From: Clostridiales bacterium | Lineage (GTDB): Bacteria; Bacillota; Clostridia; Oscillospirales; Acutalibacteraceae | Direction of reading: 5' to 3' | NCBI GenBank assembly: GCA_019417145.1 | Contig: DXVY01000036.1 | Coordinates: forward strand, 1-11,468 | DNA length: 11,468 nt | Part shown: in pieces, positions 7,637-11,468 of the stretch | Layout of the letters: each line of letters starts with the position of its first letter | Position numbering within the stretch: the stretch's first letter is position 1 | The notes under the pieces: model-generated | The model's database searches: none | What the model was told of the DNA's origin: nothing | The model's input: the letters and a program-made list of their open reading frames with translations, nothing else | Translations under genes and position numbers: made by a program

Positions 7637-8350
7637 CTACCGGCCTTTGTCTCCTAGAAGCAATGGCCGGACAACCAAGGTGTTTTCCGAGGCCAGGCCC
7701 ACCACCTGGATCTGTACACCCGCTTTAATAGGCTCCTCCCAGTCGGTAACGGCGTCCAGCTCCACCAGCTGCTCCTGCACCAGTACGGTCACCTTGCCGG
7801 TGCCCGTGCGTCGGGCAGGCACGGTGATATAGCAGCTGCCGGTATGGGCCACGGCATTGCGCAGAGAGAGGGTTCCGTTCTCCTGCAGCCGCAACGCCCA
7901 TTTAATGATAAAGGCCACCAGCAGCAGGGCCAGGAACCCGCCGGCCGCGCCCAGGGCCACCGCGCCTCCGGCCGGCAGTCCCAGATCGATCATGGCCAGC
8001 GCCAGCCAACCACCCACTGCAAAAAAGGCCACCAGTCCACGGACGGTGAGAATGCGTACACCCGCCGCATGGTGGGCCCCGTCGTGCCCTACCCCGGCAT
8101 CCTGTCCCGCCTCGGCTTCCTGACCGAGCTGAACGTCCACATCCCCCTCCGCCTGTCCATCGGCCGCCTCCGCCGTATCCGATAGGCCGGAGCTGTCTTC
8201 CAGCCCGCCATGGTCGGCCTCATGTCCGCCGGCGCTGAAAAGCAGCAAAATGGTCTGCAAAAGCAGGATGACGGTGGCCGGGATAGCAAAGCAGGCCAAA
8301 ACCTGCTGCAGGCCGGTCAGCGCCTGCCACCAATCGGTAAACCACTGCAT
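7637..8350 (-). CDS. nfeD: NfeD-family membrane protein (YuaF/NfeD2-like partner of flotillin), 237 aa.
   Basis: The N-terminus has hydrophobic helices (VLACFAIPATVILLLQTILLLFSA; LVAFFAVGGWLALAMIDLGL; AVALGAAGGFLALLLVAFIIKW). The C-terminal beta-rich segment GTGKVTVLVQEQLVELDAVTDWEEPIKAGVQIQVVGLASENTLVVRP is typical of the NfeD OB-fold. It sits immediately upstream of the flotillin gene, the conserved nfeD-flo arrangement. An RBS AGGAGG lies 8 nt upstream of ATG 8350. Confidence 0.75.
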   Translation of the reverse strand: MQWFTDWWQALTGLQQVLACFAIPATVILLLQTILLLFSAGGHEADHGGLEDSSGLSDTAEAADGQAEGDVDVQLGQEAEAGQDAGVGHDGAHHAAGVRILTVRGLVAFFAVGGWLALAMIDLGLPAGGAVALGAAGGFLALLLVAFIIKWALRLQENGTLSLRNAVAHTGSCYITVPARRTGTGKVTVLVQEQLVELDAVTDWEEPIKAGVQIQVVGLASENTLVVRPLLLGDKGR

Positions 8351-8379
8351 GGTATTCGCCTCCTTCTATTTAACTCCAA

Positions 8380-8408
8380 AGTATATTCTCTGCGCCCCGC
8401 GTCACAAT
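8380..8408 (-). promoter_or_regulatory. Possible sigma-70 promoter for nfeD-floT, in the 72-nt gap after the DUF1836 gene.
   Basis: On the minus strand, TTGTGA (plus 8403..8408) is followed by a 17-nt spacer and then TATACT (plus 8380..8385), about 22 nt upstream of the nfeD RBS. No terminator is evident between the DUF1836 gene and nfeD, so read-through is also possible. Confidence 0.25.
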
Positions 8409-8422
8409 GTTATAGGCGCGGT

Positions 8423-8983
8423 TCAGATCAGTTCGTGCAGCAACTCTTCGGCAAGATTCTTAATCCGCCCCGCCTGACAGGCCAACGCCATGACGGTCAG
8501 CGCCCGTTCCAGCCGCAGGCGCGAATCAGCCGTCGGGCCCTTGTAATCCGCCGTCTGCTCCTGCACCAGCCTACGGGTTCGCTCCAGGGAAAAGCCCTCC
8601 TCCGGGGCCATACGGCGCACCACCTCGCACAGATAGTCATACATCTGGCTTTCCCGGATGATATCGTCCGCCCGATCTTCCACCTCGCCGTTGATATAAG
8701 ACATGAGCCGGGCTATCTGCTCGATCTGCATACAATCCCGCAGCGCGCTGATAATAAGTATACGGGCCAGTTGGATTTCATTATACTTCTTGTGCACAGG
8801 CTTGGATACCCAGCCCCGCTTTACCCAGTTCTGGATAGTAGAGCCTTCTAAGCCGGTTACCGCCGACACCTGGGATAGGCTTAATCCCCCGGTGGCCGCC
8901 AGCAGCGGCTCGATCATGGAGAAGGCCGAACGGTTGCCACGAGTATCCGGCAGATTGGTGCCCGGTATATTTGTCTGCTGCAT
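8423..8983 (-). CDS. DUF1836-family protein with a helix-turn-helix-like segment; putative DNA-binding regulator. 186 aa.
   Basis: The product contains LSLSQVSAVTGLEGSTIQNWVKRGWVSKPVHKKYNEIQLARILIISALRDCMQIEQIARLMSYINGEVEDRADDIIRE. This matches the conserved core of Firmicutes DUF1836 proteins (…TG.s.STIQNW.K…, …YINGxxxDxxDDxI…). An RBS AGGAGG lies 8 nt upstream of ATG 8983. Confidence 0.7.
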   Translation of the reverse strand: MQQTNIPGTNLPDTRGNRSAFSMIEPLLAATGGLSLSQVSAVTGLEGSTIQNWVKRGWVSKPVHKKYNEIQLARILIISALRDCMQIEQIARLMSYINGEVEDRADDIIRESQMYDYLCEVVRRMAPEEGFSLERTRRLVQEQTADYKGPTADSRLRLERALTVMALACQAGRIKNLAEELLHELI

Positions 8984-9032
8984 CCTGTCTGCCTCCTTAC
9001 ATGTTCCTCATATCCCCTTTCAAGTTTATTTG

Positions 9033-9079
9033 ATTATATCACAGGTTCATATGAACCCCAAATCTCGATTTGGTCCCAT
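9033..9079 (-). promoter_or_regulatory. Promoter of the DUF1836 gene, with an extended -10 and an operator-like palindrome inside the spacer.
   Basis: On the minus strand: TTGGGG, 17 nt, then TGaTATAAT (TATAAT = plus 9033..9038). The 14-bp perfect palindrome GGTTCATATGAACC (plus 9044..9057) occupies the -35/-10 spacer, abutting the -10. It is directly abutted by a second perfect palindrome, CCAAATC-tc-GATTTGG (plus 9058..9073). Confidence 0.4.
9044..9073. promoter_or_regulatory. Tandem perfect palindromes; candidate operator sites.
   Basis: GGTTCATATGAACC (9044..9057) and CCAAATCTCGATTTGG (9058..9073) are contiguous. They overlap the DUF1836 promoter core in the divergent intergenic region. 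Confidence 0.4.
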
Positions 9080-9224
9080 CCCGTTTCCCACAGGTGCCCG
9101 AGAACAACCGCCCCCTATAATCTCTGTTTTTCGGCTATTTTCTTGTGTTTGCTCCTGTTTTCTTTGTCGCGGAATGGGGTTTGCCCGGTTGGCGGAAAAA
9201 ACCTGAGGAAATTTATGTTTGCGC

Positions 9225-9253
9225 TTCTCTTTTACCCTAATCTTTGGTATAAT
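9225..9253 (+). promoter_or_regulatory. Extended -10 promoter for the hydrolase / murF-like operon.
   Basis: tTGgTATAAT is present (TG at 9245..9246, TATAAT at 9248..9253) with a weak -35 (ttctct) 17 nt upstream. Two further perfect TATAAT hexamers exist at 9116..9121 and 9280..9285. The exact start site is uncertain. Confidence 0.35.
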
Positions 9254-9305
9254 ATATTGGTTAAATTATGCTGTGATATTATAATAGACACGGGGAGGGA
9301 ATCCC

Positions 9306-10079
9306 TTGGAGAATAAGCTGCGTTGCACTATAAACGGCCTATCCATACAATATACCGACGAGGGAGAGGGACAGACCATCCTGCTGCTCCACGGCTGGGG
9401 TTCGTCCATAGACGCCTGGGCCATGCTCCGCCGGGAATTTGCCGGCGGGTTTCGCCTTGTGGCGTTGGATTTTCCGGGATTTGGGGGAAGCGATATGCCG
9501 CCCGAGCCCTGGGCGGTGGAGGATTACGCCCGCTTCACCCTGGCCTTCATGGAAAAACTGGGCCTGCAGGACCCCATCTTGGTAGGGCATTCCTTCGGCG
9601 GGCGGGTCATCATGAAGTTGGCCGGCACCGGCCGGGTCCATCCGCCCAAGATTATTCTTATCGACGCCGCCGGCATCCAGCCCAAAAAGACCCTGCGGCA
9701 AAAAGCCCGCCAGCGGAGCTTCAAGATAACCAAATGGTTTCTCACTCTCCCCGGTCTGCGCAGCCACACGGACGCCCTTTTAGACAGGGCCCGCCGGCAC
9801 TACGGCTCGGCCGATTACAACAACGCGCCGGAGATTCTGCGCAAGACTCTGGTAAAGGTGGTCAACGAGGATCTTTCTCACCATCTGCCCCACATAGAGG
9901 TCCCCACCCTTTTGATCTACGGGGAAAATGACACCGCGACGCCAGTGGCCGACGCCAAAAAAATTGAGGGGCTGATCCCCGACGCGGGGCTCTGTATTAT
10001 CCAGGGGGCGGGGCATTTTTCCTTTGTAGAGCGTCCCTATCAGGTTCATCGGATTCTGCACAGTTTCTTGGGAGGCTGA
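9306..10079 (+). CDS. Alpha/beta-fold hydrolase (esterase / lipase / BioH-MenH-like superfamily), 257 aa, TTG start.
   Basis: LLLHGWGSS is an oxyanion-hole HGxG-type motif. GHSFGG (nt 9584..9601) is the Gly-X-Ser-X-Gly nucleophile elbow. ENDTATP may carry the acid residue. GAGHFSFVE, near the C-terminus, carries the catalytic His. An RBS GGGGAGGG lies 7 nt upstream of TTG 9306. Stop TGA is at 10077..10079. Confidence 0.85.
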   Translation: MENKLRCTINGLSIQYTDEGEGQTILLLHGWGSSIDAWAMLRREFAGGFRLVALDFPGFGGSDMPPEPWAVEDYARFTLAFMEKLGLQDPILVGHSFGGRVIMKLAGTGRVHPPKIILIDAAGIQPKKTLRQKARQRSFKITKWFLTLPGLRSHTDALLDRARRHYGSADYNNAPEILRKTLVKVVNEDLSHHLPHIEVPTLLIYGENDTATPVADAKKIEGLIPDAGLCIIQGAGHFSFVERPYQVHRILHSFLGG

Positions 10080-10082
10080 GAC

Positions 10083-11468
10083 CATGTATATCTTTTATAC
10101 CCTCGGGGGCGCGGCCGCGGCCGTAACCGCCCTTTTTGCCCTTACCCGCCAGATTCATATGTTCCAGCAGAATTCCTATTATCCCAGCCGTTATGCGGGC
10201 TGGCTGAAAACCGCAGGATATCTGCGGGCGGTCGGCGCAGGCCTGCTGACAGCCGGCGTCCTGCTGCTGCTCTGGCTTACGGGTCCCCTCCCCTTTAGCG
10301 GCGGCTGCCTGCTCATGGGGTTAATTCGGATTCCCGCGGCCATCTCCGGACAGCGACGGGCCATCAAGCGGCTTGTCTTCACGCCGCGGGTCCGGCGTTT
10401 GTATGTCACCGCCGCGCTTCTGCTGACGGCTCTGCTGCTTCTCTCGGCCCTTTTGCCGACGACCGCGGGACGTTTTGTCTTAACGGCGGTGCTCCTGTTG
10501 GGCTGGGGGACTCCTGTCCTGCTTTTGACAGCATACGCCGTCAATCAGCCTATTGAGAAATCCATTGCGCGCTGGTACGTCAACGATGCCAAGCGCATTT
10601 TACGTGGCTGTCGGGATCTTAAGGTTATCGGTATCACCGGCAGCTACGGCAAAACCAGCACCAAATATATCTTGGGCCGTCTACTGAGCGAACGATACAA
10701 TACGGTCATAACCCCGGAGAGCTATAATACGCCCATGGGCGTGGTCCGCACGGTCCGGGAGAAACTCCGTCCAAACACCCAGATTTTTGTGGCTGAAATG
10801 GGCGCGAAAAACGTGGGCGATATCAGGGAAATCTGTGAGATCGCCGACCCGGACATGGGTGTCATCACCTCCATAGGTCCCCAGCACCTGGAGACCTTCG
10901 GCTCTATTGAGAATGTGGCGGCCACCAAGTTCGAGCTGGCGGATCATGTGCTACAAAATCACGGAACGGTCTTCCTGAACACGGATAACCCCTATATCGC
11001 AGACAGGGCGAAAACCATGCCCGCTAGTTTCCAAAAAACCTATGGCATCCGGGCGGATAAATCCGCCCCCGCACCCGATCTTTACGCCGAAAATCTCTCC
11101 TATGGGCGAAACGGTTCGTCCTTCGATATTGTGGGAGACGGCCGGCGGATTTCGGTTTCCACCCGACTGCTGGGGCTGCATAACGTGCTCAATATCCTGG
11201 CGGCGGCATCGGTTGGCTTCCATTTGGGCCTGACCGACAGCGAGGTAAAATATGCCGTCTCCCAGTTAAAGCCGGTGGCCCACCGGCTGGAGCTCAAGCC
11301 CTTCATCGGCGGCGCCGTGCTTATTGACGACGCCTATAACGCCAATCCAGAGGGTTGTCTGGAAGCCGTACGCGTGCTGGGTAATTTTGACGGCATGAAA
11401 AAGATCATCGTTACCCCCGGTTTGGTGGAGCTAGGCGATCAGGAATACGACTGCAATTACCAATTAGG
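10083..11468 (+). CDS. murF: MurF-family Mur ligase (UDP-MurNAc-tripeptide--D-Ala-D-Ala ligase-like) with an N-terminal ~150-aa polytopic membrane domain in place of the canonical N-terminal domain. 3' end beyond the window.
   Basis: The open frame starts at ATG 10083, 3 nt after the hydrolase stop, with RBS GGGAGG 8 nt upstream, and continues to the window end. Residues 1..155 contain four hydrophobic helices: MYIFYTLGGAAAAVTALFAL; LRAVGAGLLTAGVLLLLWLTGPLPF; LYVTAALLLTALLLLSALLP; FVLTAVLLLGWGTPVLLLTAYAV. The rest aligns motif-by-motif with MurF. GITGSYGKTSTK (nt 10632..10664) is the P-loop. Others are NTPMGV, FVAEMGAKNVGDIREICEIADPDMGVITSIGPQHLETFGSIENVAATKFEL, LGLHNVLNILAAASV, LIDDAYNANPEG and TPGLVELGDQEYDCNYQLG. 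The last of these corresponds to E. coli GDMAELGAESEACHVQVG. The gene symbol is given as the family, not a proven orthologue. Confidence 0.8.

Noticed and set aside
8703-9206. 167-aa plus-strand ORF spanning the DUF1836 5' end and the divergent intergenic region.
   Set aside because: It lies on the opposite strand to a well-supported gene and runs through promoter and palindrome DNA. It has no RBS and a low-complexity product.
9323-10085. Overlapping ORFs within the hydrolase gene: 9323..9931 plus, 9339..9767 minus, 9524..9769 minus and 9780..10085 minus.
   Set aside because: They are alternative frames or antisense of the alpha/beta hydrolase CDS. Their products are Arg/Pro/Gly-rich and lack motifs.
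10191-10544. 117-aa minus-strand ORF opposite the MurF-like membrane domain.
   Set aside because: Its product is extremely Arg/Ser/Ala-rich (antisense of a Leu/Ala-rich TM region). The plus frame is continuous with the MurF core and has an RBS.
1-11468. Scanned for CRISPR arrays, tRNA/rRNA genes, IS/transposase or integrase genes, and long direct or inverted terminal repeats.
   Set aside because: I found no regularly spaced direct repeats, no tRNA-like cloverleaf candidates, no transposase or integrase motifs, and no terminal inverted repeats. The region reads as ordinary chromosomal DNA.

Overview
This is a high-GC (~60%) stretch with AGGAGG/GGGGG-type ribosome-binding sites and GC3-rich codon usage. 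That suggests a Firmicutes (Clostridia-like) chromosome, held at low confidence. I see six protein-coding genes and no RNA genes, CRISPR arrays or mobile elements.

(1) complement(1..5512) is the first 1,837 codons of a very large secreted multidomain protein whose 3' end runs off the left edge. That is why the six-frame ORF track missed it. In order it carries:
- a signal peptide;
- an F5/8-type-C (discoidin-like) module;
- CBM6/35-like beta-sandwiches;
- a DUF1080-like lectin domain;
- two LamG_3 (concanavalin-like) domains;
- an NPCBM-like module;
- helical FIVAR-like linkers;
- a ~340-aa region with LGFP-like repeats.

(2) A ~560-nt AT-rich non-coding region (5513..6077) follows. It holds the likely promoter of the giant gene, a plus-strand terminator-like hairpin with no obvious gene, and the rho-independent terminator of the flotillin operon.

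(3) A minus-strand cluster encodes a DUF1836 HTH-like protein, then an NfeD-family membrane protein, then a FloT-like flotillin (SPFH). Two abutting perfect palindromes sit inside the predicted DUF1836 promoter.

(4) A divergent plus-strand operon encodes a 257-aa alpha/beta hydrolase (TTG start, GHSFGG nucleophile elbow). It is translationally coupled to a MurF-family Mur ligase whose canonical N-terminal domain is replaced by a ~150-aa four-helix membrane domain. That gene runs off the right edge.

The long plus-strand ORFs at 323..3424, 3524..4216, 4385..5488 and 6009..7502 are antisense artifacts of real minus-strand genes. The findings I think most worth follow-up are the membrane-anchored MurF-like ligase operon and the DUF1836-NfeD-flotillin cluster with its palindromic operator.
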